From Clostridia bacterium (GTDB lineage Bacteria; Bacillota; Clostridia; Monoglobales; Monoglobaceae), in contig JAZQUY010000007.1 of assembly GCA_045631525.1 (NCBI GenBank), positions 28,899 to 92,898 on the forward strand: a DNA stretch of 64,000 nt, written 5' to 3'. The position numbers and the translations under genes were made by a program. The number at the start of each line of letters is the position of its first letter. Position 1 is the first letter of the stretch. Shown here piece after piece: positions 54,770-64,000 of the stretch. The notes beneath the pieces are model-generated. The model saw only the letters and a list, made by a program, of their open reading frames with translations. It was not told the DNA's origin and searched no databases.

Positions 54770-55225
54770 ATGCGTTGTTTGTTTTGCGGACATCTTGAAA
54801 GCAAGGTTATTGATTCCCGTTCTACAGAAGAGGGAACAACCATCCGCCGCCGCAGAGAATGTCTTGAGTGCGGAAAGAGATTTACTACATACGAAAAGAT
54901 AGAAACAATCCCTATGATTGTTGTGAAAAAGGACGGGCTTCGTGAGACCTGGGACAGAGAAAAGGTCCTCAATGGCATTCTTCGTGCCTGTGAAAAACGT
55001 CCTGTTACCTTAAGCGACATCGAAAAGCTGATTGATGACATTGAATCGAAGCTTTACAATATGTTGGAGCGCGAGGTTACCTCTGAAAAAATTGGCGAAA
55101 TGGTTATGGAAAGGCTTAAAGACCTTGACGATATTGCATACGTTAGATTCGCATCGGTATACCGTCAGTTCAAGGACATAAATTCATTTATGGACGAGCT
55201 TGCCAAAATTATAAAAAAAGCTTGA
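54770..55225 (+). CDS. nrdR: Transcriptional repressor NrdR
   Basis: [42 protein letters not shown] zinc ribbon plus ATP-cone. Confidence 0.9.
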   Translation: MRCLFCGHLESKVIDSRSTEEGTTIRRRRECLECGKRFTTYEKIETIPMIVVKKDGLRETWDREKVLNGILRACEKRPVTLSDIEKLIDDIESKLYNMLEREVTSEKIGEMVMERLKDLDDIAYVRFASVYRQFKDINSFMDELAKIIKKA

Positions 55226-55300
55226 CAACACACGCATTTTGTGGTAATATAAGTACAACGTAATATGGTTTCAAAAGAGTGAGGCAGGCCTCACTCTTTT
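55222..55300 (+). promoter_or_regulatory. Promoter plus leader hairpin upstream of rimP-nusA
   Basis: TTGACA-17 nt-TAATAT (55222..55250), then AAAAGAGTGAGG-cagg-CCTCACTCTTTT (55273..55300) before the rimP RBS. Confidence 0.45.
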
Positions 55301-55322
55301 GCATTAAAAAACGGAGGGAAAT

Positions 55323-55787
55323 ATGGCATATTCAAAACTTGAAAAAATGATTATTGATATGGCGACTCCCGTTGCTGAAACTTTGGGCTGCTATATCTAT
55401 GACACCGAGTTTGTCAAGGAAGGAACGATGAAATATCTCCGGATTTATGCGGACAAGGAAGACGGAGGAATTTCTATTGATGAGTGTGAACGCATAAATC
55501 GCAAAATGGGAGAAATCCTTGATAGAGAAGACCCAATAAAAGAAAATTATGTTCTGGAGGTTTCATCCCCCGGAATTGAGCGAAAGCTGAAAACCCCTCA
55601 GCATTTTGAAAAGTATAACGGAAGACAAATTGATGTGGGACTTTATAAAGCTGTGGACGGAAGCAAGACTTTAAGCGGAATCCTTAAAGGCTTTGAAAAT
55701 GGAAGTTTTGAGATTGAGACGGACAATGGCGAAAAAACTTTTGGTCTTGATGACGTAACTTTTGTAAAATTACATTTTGATTTTTAA
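55323..55787 (+). CDS. rimP: Ribosome maturation factor RimP
   Basis: 154 aa with YLRIYADKEDGGISIDECERINR...LEVSSPGIERKLK. Confidence 0.85.
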   Translation: MAYSKLEKMIIDMATPVAETLGCYIYDTEFVKEGTMKYLRIYADKEDGGISIDECERINRKMGEILDREDPIKENYVLEVSSPGIERKLKTPQHFEKYNGRQIDVGLYKAVDGSKTLSGILKGFENGSFEIETDNGEKTFGLDDVTFVKLHFDF

Positions 55788-55822
55788 TATACAAATAAAT
55801 TTTTAGGAGATGGTGATTAAAA

Positions 55823-56866
55823 ATGAGCGCAGAATTATTTTTGTTGTTGGACGAAATTGAAAAGGAAAAAGGCATAAGCCGTGACGTTGTTCTTGACGCA
55901 CTCAGCGGTGCACTTCTCAGTGCTTACAAGAAAAACTTTGGTGCTGTTCAGGACGCAAAGGTTATCATTGATGAAGAAACCGGCGACATCAAGGTTTATG
56001 CAAGAAAAGACATTGTTGAGGAAGTTGAAGACAGAGAATGTCAGGTTTCTGTGGAGGACGCAAAAAAGGTTGACCCCAGATATGAAGCGGGCGATGTTCT
56101 TGAAACAGAGGTTACACCTGCAGCATTCGGAAGAATTGCAGCCCAGACAGCACGTCAGGTTGTTCTTCAGAGAATTCGCGAGGCAGAACGTGAAAAGGCA
56201 TTTGATGCATTCTCTGACAGAGAAAATGATATTATGACAGCAACAGTTAGAAAAATTGACAGAAGAAACATTATGCTTGAAATCGGCGATACTGAATCTG
56301 TTCTTATGCCCAACGAACAGGTTAAAAACGACAACTACAAGCCCGGAGCAAAATATAAGGTTTTTGTGGTTGAGGTTGCAAACTCAGTGCGTGGTGTTCA
56401 CCTTGTGGTGTCACGTTCACATCCAGGTCTTGTAAGAAGACTTTTCGAGCTTGAAGTTCCTGAAATCAAAAAGGGAATTATTGAAATCAAAGGTCTCACC
56501 CGTGAACCTGGTTCACGAAGCAAGATTGCTGTTCATTCCACAATGGAGAATGTTGACCCGGTTGGTACTTGCATCGGCCCAAAAGGTATGCGCGTTCAGG
56601 CGGTTATTGATGAACTTCGTGGTGAAAAGATTGATATTATAAAGTACAGCGATGACCCTGCAGAATATATTACTCAGGCGCTTAGTCCTGCTAAAGTGGT
56701 TTCAATTACGGTTGATGAAGAAAAGAAAATGTGCAGCGTGGTTGTTCCCGCTGATCAGCTGTCTCTTGCTATCGGCAAAGAGGGCCAGAATGCACGTCTT
56801 GCAGCACGCTTAACAGGTTGGAAGATTGACCTGAAAGCTGAAGAAACCAAGGCGGAAGAAGCTTAA
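55823..56866 (+). CDS. nusA: Transcription termination/antitermination factor NusA
   Basis: N-terminal domain, S1 and two KH domains (GPKGMRVQAVIDELRGEKIDII, AIGKEGQNARLAARLTGWKIDL). Confidence 0.9.
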   Translation: MSAELFLLLDEIEKEKGISRDVVLDALSGALLSAYKKNFGAVQDAKVIIDEETGDIKVYARKDIVEEVEDRECQVSVEDAKKVDPRYEAGDVLETEVTPAAFGRIAAQTARQVVLQRIREAEREKAFDAFSDRENDIMTATVRKIDRRNIMLEIGDTESVLMPNEQVKNDNYKPGAKYKVFVVEVANSVRGVHLVVSRSHPGLVRRLFELEVPEIKKGIIEIKGLTREPGSRSKIAVHSTMENVDPVGTCIGPKGMRVQAVIDELRGEKIDIIKYSDDPAEYITQALSPAKVVSITVDEEKKMCSVVVPADQLSLAIGKEGQNARLAARLTGWKIDLKAEETKAEEA

Positions 56867-56890
56867 AAACGTGAAAGGTCGGTTTTTGGT

Positions 56891-57145
56891 ATGACGGTTA
56901 CACGTATGTGTGCTGCCTGCAGAGAGGTTAAAGAAAAAACGCTACTTGTGCGCATTGCCAGATATAAAGGCGATGTGATGATAGACTTAACAGGCAAGGT
57001 TTGCGGCAGAGGTGCATATATTTGCAAGAAAAGCGAATGCATAAAAAAAGCCCAGAAAAGCCGTGCGCTCGAAAGAAGTCTTTCTTGCAGTGTTGATGCA
57101 GGAATTTATGAAAAACTCGAGGAGCTTGTTGCAAATGGAGAATGA
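56891..57145 (+). CDS. ylxR: YlxR/RnpM (DUF448) RNA-binding protein
   Basis: RMCAACREVKEKTLLVRIA...GRGAYICK. Confidence 0.8.
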   Translation: MTVTRMCAACREVKEKTLLVRIARYKGDVMIDLTGKVCGRGAYICKKSECIKKAQKSRALERSLSCSVDAGIYEKLEELVANGE

Positions 57146-57446
57146 GAAATTTTTCAGGATGCTGGGGCTTGCGACCAGAATGCGAGGCGTGGTCTTTGGT
57201 GAGGTTGCTGTCCGTGACAGCATCAAGTCAGGCAAAGCGGAAATCGTTATTGTTTCGGAGGATGCCTCGGATAATACAAAAAAAAGATTTAAAAACAGTT
57301 GTGGTTTCTATGGAAAAAAATTGATAATACACGGTGACCGCTTTCTCCTTGGAAAGTATACAGGACGTGCCTTCTCGGTTGTGGTTGCGGTGACTGACAA
57401 AAATATTGCACAGAGTATAAAAGATATGTTTCGTGATGAAAGGTGA
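57135..57446 (+). CDS. ylxQ: L7Ae-family protein YlxQ
   Basis: LGLATRMRGVVFGEVAVRDSIKSGKAEIVIVSEDASDNTKKRF. The ATG overlaps the ylxR end; the ORF-track start at 57063 is out of context. Confidence 0.75.
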   Translation: MENEKFFRMLGLATRMRGVVFGEVAVRDSIKSGKAEIVIVSEDASDNTKKRFKNSCGFYGKKLIIHGDRFLLGKYTGRAFSVVVAVTDKNIAQSIKDMFRDER

Positions 57447-57515
57447 ACTGTTTAAGTAAAATCCGGAGAATTTACCGGAAGAACTGATTTTAAGAGAATC
57501 GGGAGGTAGATATTT

Positions 57516-59798
57516 ATGACAAAAATAAAAGCTTATGAGCTTTCAAAAGGGTTTGGAATACCCAGCAAAGAAATCGTAAAGGTTTTGCACGATTATGGTG
57601 TTTCAGAAAAAAATCATATGAGTGCACTTGATGAAAAGGAACTGGATGTGATTTTTGAATATTACACTCAGAAGAACCAGGTGGAGGATTTTTCTGCACT
57701 TTTTGCTGTGGTGGAAGAGCCAAAGCAAGAAAAAACAGAAGAAAAAACTGACAAGAACACCGAAGAGACTGAAAAAGCTACAGAGCAGAAGATTGAGAGT
57801 GAGGGTGGCTTTCAGACCGAAGAAATCCCTGCCCGCAGAACACGTGTTGTTGATACCCGTGTTAATGCGGTTGACCTTGACAGACTTGACAACGAAAAGC
57901 TTGAAGAACTTATCCCTGAAAATGTAAAAACTCAGGGACCCGGCAAGCAGAAGATAAAAACAGGCAACAAAAAGAGCAAGCTTGTTAAAGAAAAACAGGA
58001 CCCTAAAGACCTTGAAAAAATTGCAAAGAAAGAGAAAAAGCAGGAAGCAGAGACTATACTTGTTCCTGATTCAATCACTGTTGGCGAACTTTCTGAAAGA
58101 CTTAAAAAGCCCAGCACAGAGGTTATCAAAAAGCTTATGATGCTTGGAATTATGGCATCTGTAAATGAAACCCTTGACTTTGATACAGCTTCTTTAATCG
58201 TGGAAGATTTTGGAGGCAAGGTTGAACGTGAAATAATTCTGACAGAAGAGGATAAACTATTTAACGACGTTGAAGATTCACCCGAATCTTTGATCCCCCG
58301 TTCACCGGTTGTTGTTGTTATGGGTCACGTTGACCACGGAAAGACCTCGCTTCTTGATACCATAAGAAATGCAAATGTTACTGAGGGCGAATTTGGTGGT
58401 ATCACTCAGCACATTGGTGCTTACCGCGTGCGTATCAATGACAAAAAGATTACCTTCCTTGATACCCCGGGACATGAAGCGTTCACTGCAATGCGTGCAA
58501 GAGGTGCTTTGGTTACCGATATTGCAATTTTGGTTGTTGCAGCGGACGACGGAATTATGCCCCAGACCATTGAAGCAATCAATCACGCAAAGGCGGCAAA
58601 TGTTTCAATTATCGTTGCGATTAACAAAATCGACAAAGAGGGCGCAAACCCCGACAGAGTTCGTCAGGAGCTTACCGAGCACGGTCTTGTTCCTGAGGAA
58701 TGGGGCGGCGATACTATCTGCGTTGAGGTTTCAGCAAAGATGAAAATGAATATCGATAAGCTCTTGGAAATGGTACTGCTTGTTGCTGAAATGAAAGAAC
58801 TGAAAGCAAACCCCAACCGTCTGGCAAAGGGTACTGTTATTGAGGCTCAGCTTGACAAGGGCCGTGGTCCTGTTGCTACACTTTTGGTACAAAATGGAAC
58901 AATCAAGACAGGTGACATTGTTGTTGCGGGTACTGCTGTGGGCAGAGTCCGTGCAATGAATGACGACAAGGGCAAAGCTATCAAAAAGGCAGGGCCCTCT
59001 ATTCCTGTTGAAATTCTTGGTCTTTCAGAAGTGCCTGACGGCGGTGACGTATTCTATGTTGTTGAGGACGAAAGAAAGGCGAGAGAGGTTGTTGAAGCAA
59101 GAAAGTTCAAGCAGAAGCAGGAGGCTCAAAAGGCAAGTCAGGCAGTATCTCTCGAAAATCTTTTTGAACAAATTGAAGCCGGCAAGATGAAAGACCTCAA
59201 TATTATTGTAAAAGCAGACGTTCAGGGCTCTGTTGAAGCGGTACGCCAGTCACTTGAAAGAATTACCAATGAAGAAGTGAGAGTAAATGTTATCCATGGT
59301 GCTGTTGGTGCCGTTACCGAATCTGACGTTATGCTTGCTACGGCATCAAATGCAATTATCGTTGGATTTAACGTACGTCCAACCCCTGGTGCTACTGTGT
59401 CAGCGGATGCATCCGATGTTGATATCCGTCTTTATCGTGTTATCTATGACGCAATCGAGGATATCGAGGCGGCTATGAAGGGTATGCTTGCACCCAAGTT
59501 CCAGGAATCTGTTACGGGTCATATCGAAATCAGAACAACTTTCAAGGTTTCAGGCGTGGGAACAATCGGTGGTGCTTATGTTACTGACGGTAAGGTTCAG
59601 CGAAACAGCTTGGTGCGTGTTGTTCGTGACGGTATTGTTATCCACGAGGGAGAGCTTGGTTCACTCAAGCGTTTCAAGGACGACGTAAAGGAAGTTGCCA
59701 GCGGATATGAATGTGGTGTAAGCATCGAAAAATTCAACGACATCAAAGAGGGCGACGTTATTGAAGCATATGTTATGGAACAGATAATGCCCCAATAA
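57516..59798 (+). CDS. infB: Translation initiation factor IF-2
   Basis: G-domain [28 protein letters not shown]; 760 aa. Confidence 0.95.
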   Translation: MTKIKAYELSKGFGIPSKEIVKVLHDYGVSEKNHMSALDEKELDVIFEYYTQKNQVEDFSALFAVVEEPKQEKTEEKTDKNTEETEKATEQKIESEGGFQTEEIPARRTRVVDTRVNAVDLDRLDNEKLEELIPENVKTQGPGKQKIKTGNKKSKLVKEKQDPKDLEKIAKKEKKQEAETILVPDSITVGELSERLKKPSTEVIKKLMMLGIMASVNETLDFDTASLIVEDFGGKVEREIILTEEDKLFNDVEDSPESLIPRSPVVVVMGHVDHGKTSLLDTIRNANVTEGEFGGITQHIGAYRVRINDKKITFLDTPGHEAFTAMRARGALVTDIAILVVAADDGIMPQTIEAINHAKAANVSIIVAINKIDKEGANPDRVRQELTEHGLVPEEWGGDTICVEVSAKMKMNIDKLLEMVLLVAEMKELKANPNRLAKGTVIEAQLDKGRGPVATLLVQNGTIKTGDIVVAGTAVGRVRAMNDDKGKAIKKAGPSIPVEILGLSEVPDGGDVFYVVEDERKAREVVEARKFKQKQEAQKASQAVSLENLFEQIEAGKMKDLNIIVKADVQGSVEAVRQSLERITNEEVRVNVIHGAVGAVTESDVMLATASNAIIVGFNVRPTPGATVSADASDVDIRLYRVIYDAIEDIEAAMKGMLAPKFQESVTGHIEIRTTFKVSGVGTIGGAYVTDGKVQRNSLVRVVRDGIVIHEGELGSLKRFKDDVKEVASGYECGVSIEKFNDIKEGDVIEAYVMEQIMPQ

Positions 59799-59817
59799 TA
59801 AGAAAGGCGGTGCAAAG

Positions 59818-60159
59818 ATGCCTGCATATAACAGAATAGACAGAATTTCAGAGGAAGTTAAGCGTGAGCTTAGTATGATTATTCGCGAACTCAAAGACCC
59901 AAGACTTTCAAAAGCTGTGGTGTCTGTGATAAATGTAAACGTTACAAAGGATTTGAAGTTTGCAAAGGCTTTCATAAGCGTTCTTGGAAATGAAGACGTT
60001 CAAAAGGGTGCTATGGACGCTCTTAAAAGTGCGGCAGGCTTTATCCGCAAAGAAGTTGGGCATCGTATAAACTTAAGAAGCACTCCTGAATTCACTTTTG
60101 TACTTGACAATTCCATTGAATATGGTGCTCACATAAACGAAGTGCTGAAAAATCTTTGA
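59818..60159 (+). CDS. rbfA: Ribosome-binding factor A
   Basis: RISEEVKRELSMIIRELKDPRL...TPEFTFVLD. Confidence 0.9.
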   Translation: MPAYNRIDRISEEVKRELSMIIRELKDPRLSKAVVSVINVNVTKDLKFAKAFISVLGNEDVQKGAMDALKSAAGFIRKEVGHRINLRSTPEFTFVLDNSIEYGAHINEVLKNL

Positions 60160-60169
60160 GGAGAACATT

Positions 60170-61114
60170 ATGTTTGAAGGTGTAATCGAAAAGATAAAAA
60201 AAGCAAAAAAGATTGCGATATTCAATCACGAAAACCCTGACGGTGATGCTCTTGGCAGTGCCTATGCCCTAAAGCTCATAATCAATGCCCTTGGAAAACA
60301 AGCAGAAGTGTTTTTGCGTCAGGATGATGAAAGAACAAGGGAATATAAGCTTATCGAGGGCACTGAGCAATCAGGACTTAAAATTGAAGATTGTGATTTA
60401 AAAATTGCCGTGGACTGCGCAGATGTTGACCGTCTTGGTGACCTGAAAGAATATTTTTCGGGGAACACGGCTGCCATCGACCATCACGTTACCCACAAAG
60501 AGTTTGCAGAGGCTACTTTGGTTGTTCCTGATGCTCCTGCTACGGGTGAAATCATATTTGATATTGCCGAAAAGTTGGACGTTGTGATAGACGAAGATAT
60601 AGCAAACAACATCTATCTTGCAATTATCTGTGATACGGGGAATTTCAAGTATTCATCAACTACTGCAAAAACCCATAGAACAGCGGCAAAGCTTATGGAA
60701 ACAGGAATTGATATAGCAAATCTTTCGAAGCAGGTTTTTGACACGAAAAGTATTGAATATCTAAAAGCTTACAAAAAAGGTATTGACAGCTTAGAACTTT
60801 TTGCAGACGGAAAGATTGCTGTTCTTGCCATAACCGAAAAGGATTTCAAGGAAATGGGCGTTGATGAGGTGCTGGTTGACGGGATTGTTGACTTGCCTCG
60901 GTCTGTGGAAGGCGTGGAGGTAGGAGTTTATCTTCGTGAAAGAGGAGAAGGTTTTAAGACAAGTCTTCGTTCAAATGGCGACGTGGATGTGGCTCAGGTT
61001 GCGCTTCTCTTTGGCGGCGGCGGGCACAAAAAGGCGGGGGGGTGTCTTATAAAAGATACCCTTGAAAATGCAAGAAAGAAACTGGTTGAGGAAATTGAAA
61101 AACAACTAAGATAA
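60170..61114 (+). CDS. nrnA: DHH/DHHA1 phosphoesterase (NrnA-type oligoribonuclease/pAp phosphatase)
   Basis: HENPDGDALGS, DHH (AIDHH) and C-terminal GGGGH motifs. Confidence 0.8.
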   Translation: MFEGVIEKIKKAKKIAIFNHENPDGDALGSAYALKLIINALGKQAEVFLRQDDERTREYKLIEGTEQSGLKIEDCDLKIAVDCADVDRLGDLKEYFSGNTAAIDHHVTHKEFAEATLVVPDAPATGEIIFDIAEKLDVVIDEDIANNIYLAIICDTGNFKYSSTTAKTHRTAAKLMETGIDIANLSKQVFDTKSIEYLKAYKKGIDSLELFADGKIAVLAITEKDFKEMGVDEVLVDGIVDLPRSVEGVEVGVYLRERGEGFKTSLRSNGDVDVAQVALLFGGGGHKKAGGCLIKDTLENARKKLVEEIEKQLR

Positions 61115-61130
61115 AGCGGGAGGGTAAAGA

Positions 61131-62012
61131 ATGAACGGAATTATCAATGTAAATAAACCGCTGGGCATTACCTCCCATGATGTTGTATATAGGCTCAGAA
61201 AAATTTTGGGCATAAAAAAGATAGGGCATACGGGAACCCTTGACCCTGATGCAAGCGGTGTTCTTCCTATGTGCGTCGGCAAGGGAACAAAGCTTGCCGA
61301 ATATCTTACTGCAAAAGACAAACAGTATCTTGCAGTTCTTAAGCTTGGTGCATTTACTGATACTCAGGATGCCTCGGGCGAAATAATTGAGAGTTTCGAT
61401 GTGACCGCCACGGAGGAAGAAATTCGCGATGCAATCAAAGGCTTTGTGGGGGATATTATGCAAATACCACCTATGTATTCTGCTATCAAGGTTGATGGTA
61501 AAAAGCTTTATGAACTGGCACGGGAAGGCAAAACAGTTGAAAGAGAACCAAGACAGGTTACCGTGAAAAGTATTGAGATAAAAAATATTGATATGGAAAC
61601 AAACACTGTTGAAATGCTTGTTGATTGCTCAAAAGGTACATATATCCGTACACTTTGTAACGATATAGGAATGGTGCTTGGTTGCGGTGGTTATATGGCG
61701 GCACTTCACAGAACAAAAAGTGGGAGATTTGATATAAAAAATTCCTTTACTCTTGATGAGATTGAAAAAATGGCAGGGGAAAACGACTTTTCCTTTATGG
61801 TGTCTGTGGGTGAGGCTCTATCTGAATATGAAAAGATTGTGCTTGCCGACAAAAATGCACAGCGAGTAAGAAATGGAATAAAAATATCCGTTGAGGGATT
61901 AAATGACGATGAAATTTATCGTGTCTTTGATGAACAAGGAGAGTTTTTAGCCTTGGCACAGCAAACTGAAAGCGGATTTATGGTAATCAAAAGTTTTTAT
62001 GGCGGAGCGTAA
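61131..62012 (+). CDS. truB: tRNA pseudouridine(55) synthase
   Basis: GIINVNKPLGITSHDVV, HTGTLDPDASGVLPM catalytic Asp motif. Confidence 0.9.
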   Translation: MNGIINVNKPLGITSHDVVYRLRKILGIKKIGHTGTLDPDASGVLPMCVGKGTKLAEYLTAKDKQYLAVLKLGAFTDTQDASGEIIESFDVTATEEEIRDAIKGFVGDIMQIPPMYSAIKVDGKKLYELAREGKTVEREPRQVTVKSIEIKNIDMETNTVEMLVDCSKGTYIRTLCNDIGMVLGCGGYMAALHRTKSGRFDIKNSFTLDEIEKMAGENDFSFMVSVGEALSEYEKIVLADKNAQRVRNGIKISVEGLNDDEIYRVFDEQGEFLALAQQTESGFMVIKSFYGGA

Positions 62013-62013
62013 A

Positions 62014-62895
62014 ATGATAGTTGCAAAAAGCAATGAATTGAATAAGGTAATAACAAAAAAGACCGCAGTAGCACTGGGGTCTTTTGATGCACTCCACAAA
62101 GGACATCTTGAGGTCATCGGGGAAATGGCAGAATATGCAAAGAAAAACGACCTTTTATCCGTGGTTCAGCTGGTAGAAAGAAATGAAACGGATAAGGTCA
62201 ATACACTTTCAAAAAGGCTTGAAATCCTTGAAACTATGGGTGTGGATGTTGTTGTTATTGAGGAGTTTACACCTGAGTTTAAATCGGTGAGGTATGACCA
62301 ATTTATTGAGGAGTTTATTTGCAAAAAGTATAATTCCAAGGCGGTTTTTGCGGGCAAAAATTATCGGTTTGGTTTTATGGCAGAGGGGGATGCAGAAAGA
62401 CTCAAAGAAATTTGCAGCAGGTTTGACATCGCTGCGTTTATTGTGCCTTATGTGCTGGATTTTGACAAGGTTGTTTCGAGCTCTGCAATACGCGAGTTTG
62501 TTGCAAACGGTGAAGTTGACAAGGTGAAGGATTATATGTCAAGACCTTTTTCTCTCTCGGGAGAGGTAATATACGGCAACAGTGTGGGAAGAAAGTATGG
62601 ATTTCCCACTGCTAATATAAGCATTCCCAAAGAGCAGGTAATTCCAAAAGACGGAGTGTATGCTACTCAAATAAATATTGACGGAAAGACCTACCGTGGA
62701 CTTACAAATCTTGGAACAAAGCCTACCATAAAAATCGCTGAACGAAATATCGAGACGTATATTCTGGATTTTGATGGTGACCTTTATGGGAAGAAAATAG
62801 AAATAGAGTTTTTGAAACGTATCAGGGATACAAAGAGATTTGATAGCCTAAAAGAACTAAAAAAACAGATTGAGGAAGATAAAAAAAGTATATAA
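62014..62895 (+). CDS. ribF: Bifunctional riboflavin kinase / FMN adenylyltransferase
   Basis: ALGSFDALHKGH, C-terminal kinase domain GFPTANI...ETYILDF. ATG 6 nt after GGAG (an alternative ATG at 61999 has no RBS). Confidence 0.85.
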   Translation: MIVAKSNELNKVITKKTAVALGSFDALHKGHLEVIGEMAEYAKKNDLLSVVQLVERNETDKVNTLSKRLEILETMGVDVVVIEEFTPEFKSVRYDQFIEEFICKKYNSKAVFAGKNYRFGFMAEGDAERLKEICSRFDIAAFIVPYVLDFDKVVSSSAIREFVANGEVDKVKDYMSRPFSLSGEVIYGNSVGRKYGFPTANISIPKEQVIPKDGVYATQINIDGKTYRGLTNLGTKPTIKIAERNIETYILDFDGDLYGKKIEIEFLKRIRDTKRFDSLKELKKQIEEDKKSI

Positions 62896-62925
62896 AAAAG
62901 GGGTGGCAATTTGCCACCCCTTAGA
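62894..62925. terminator. Bidirectional terminator between ribF and gap
   Basis: AAAAAA-GGGGTGGCA-att-TGCCACCCC-TT; the strong T-tract is on the minus strand. Confidence 0.8.
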
Positions 62926-62935
62926 TTTATATTTC

Positions 62936-63946
62936 TTAGATTTCTGCGAAATATTTGATTGTTCTAACCATCTGGCTTGTGTATGAGTTTTCGTTGTCAT
63001 ACCAAGAAACAACCTGAACTTCATAAAGGTCATCAGCGATTTTAGCAACCATTGTCTGTGTTGCATCGAAGAGTGAGCCATACTTGATACCGATGATATC
63101 TGAAGAAACGATTTCGTCTTCATTGTAACCAAAGCTTTCTGAAGCTGCGGCTTTCATAGCTGCGTTGATGCCTTCTTTTGTAACGTCTTTGCCCTTAACA
63201 ACTGCTGTAAGGATTGTTGTTGAACCTGTGGGAACAGGAACTCTCTGTGCAGCACCAATGAGCTTGCCGTTGAGCTCAGGGATAACAAGACCAATAGCTT
63301 TAGCAGCACCTGTTGAGTTTGGAACGATGTTTACAGCACCAGCTCTTGCACGTCTGAGGTCGCCCTTTCTGTGAGGACCGTCAAGAATCATCTGGTCGCC
63401 TGTGTATGCATGGATTGTAGCCATGATACCGCTCTGGATGGGAGCGTAATCGTTGAGAGTCTTTGCCATAGGAGCAAGACAGTTTGTTGTACAAGATGCA
63501 GCAGAGATGATTGTGTCATCAGCTGTGAGTGTGTTTTCGTTAACTGAGAAAACGATTGTTTTGAGGTCATTGCCTGCGGGAGCAGAAATAACAACTTTCT
63601 TAGCACCTGCATCAATGTGAGCCTGTGATTTTTCTTTTGAGCAGTAGAAACCTGTACATACAAGAACAACGTCTACTCCGAGAGCACCCCAAGGACATTC
63701 TTTAGCGTCCTTTATAGCATAGATTTTGATTTCTTTTCCGTCAACTGTGATGCTGTCTTCACCAGCAACAACAGTGTGACCGTCGTATCTGCCCTGTGAT
63801 GAGTCATACTTGAGAAGATGAGCAAGCATCTTAGGATCTGTAAGGTCGTTGATTGCAACCACCTCATAACCTTCAGCACCAAACATCTGGCGGAAAGCAA
63901 GACGTCCGATACGACCAAAACCGTTAATAGCAACTTTTACTGACAT
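62936..63946 (-). CDS. gap: Type I glyceraldehyde-3-phosphate dehydrogenase
   Basis: [25 protein letters not shown] active site, WYDNE; GGAGG RBS. Confidence 0.95.
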   Translation of the reverse strand: MSVKVAINGFGRIGRLAFRQMFGAEGYEVVAINDLTDPKMLAHLLKYDSSQGRYDGHTVVAGEDSITVDGKEIKIYAIKDAKECPWGALGVDVVLVCTGFYCSKEKSQAHIDAGAKKVVISAPAGNDLKTIVFSVNENTLTADDTIISAASCTTNCLAPMAKTLNDYAPIQSGIMATIHAYTGDQMILDGPHRKGDLRRARAGAVNIVPNSTGAAKAIGLVIPELNGKLIGAAQRVPVPTGSTTILTAVVKGKDVTKEGINAAMKAAASESFGYNEDEIVSSDIIGIKYGSLFDATQTMVAKIADDLYEVQVVSWYDNENSYTSQMVRTIKYFAEI

Positions 63947-64000
63947 AATAGAATACCTCCAAAATGTATATTTATATTATTTAATAATATTTTACCTCAT

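Overview
This 64 kb window looks like core chromosome from a low-GC, spore-forming Firmicute, probably class Clostridia; this is inferred from gene content and RBS/promoter style, with no database search. About 65 protein genes, 3 tRNAs, and many intrinsic terminators and sigma-A-like promoters can be supported.

Left to right, the window contains:
- a large SLH-domain surface protein that is 5'-truncated and frameshifted twice
- an AraC regulator, a tRNA-Leu/tRNA-Gln pair and TspO
- a ptsI-EIIA-EIICB PTS operon
- a Ca2+ P-type ATPase, a radical SAM protein and a MarR/acyl-CoA ligase pair
- a small AT-rich XRE/lipoprotein module beside tRNA-Ala, then rpmE
- a 9-gene aromatic amino-acid operon (DAHP synthase, tyrA, aroB, aroA, aroC, pheA, aroK, aroQ, aroE)
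- AraC/galK, then DUF4363/DUF421
- a SleC-like cortex-lytic/peptidoglycan-binding cluster and trmB
- infC-rpmI-rplT with a leader, an RNA methyltransferase, dprA, topA and a PucR-type regulator
- ftsEX with an M23 peptidase and CtpA, then greA and lysS
- metF with a split metH and a second DAHP synthase, then nrdR
- the rimP-nusA-ylxR-ylxQ-infB-rbfA-nrnA-truB-ribF operon, and gap

No defence system, CRISPR array, prophage or transposon is visible.

The most interesting signal is a 46-codon Phe/Tyr-rich leader ORF that falls below the ORF-track length cutoff. It lies between a strong promoter and an intrinsic terminator just upstream of the aromatic operon, and mutually exclusive RNA pairings are present. 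Together these look like a ribosome-mediated attenuator.

Secondary observations:
- the twice-frameshifted SLH gene
- an unexplained degenerate 'mini-palindrome + TATTTCAC' array fused to a terminator, with a second related copy
- a SleC-like gene split by in-frame stops
- a non-AUG infC start behind an L20-leader-like attenuator
- two DAHP synthase classes in one window

All functional calls rest on motif and family recognition by eye and need HMM/BLAST confirmation.
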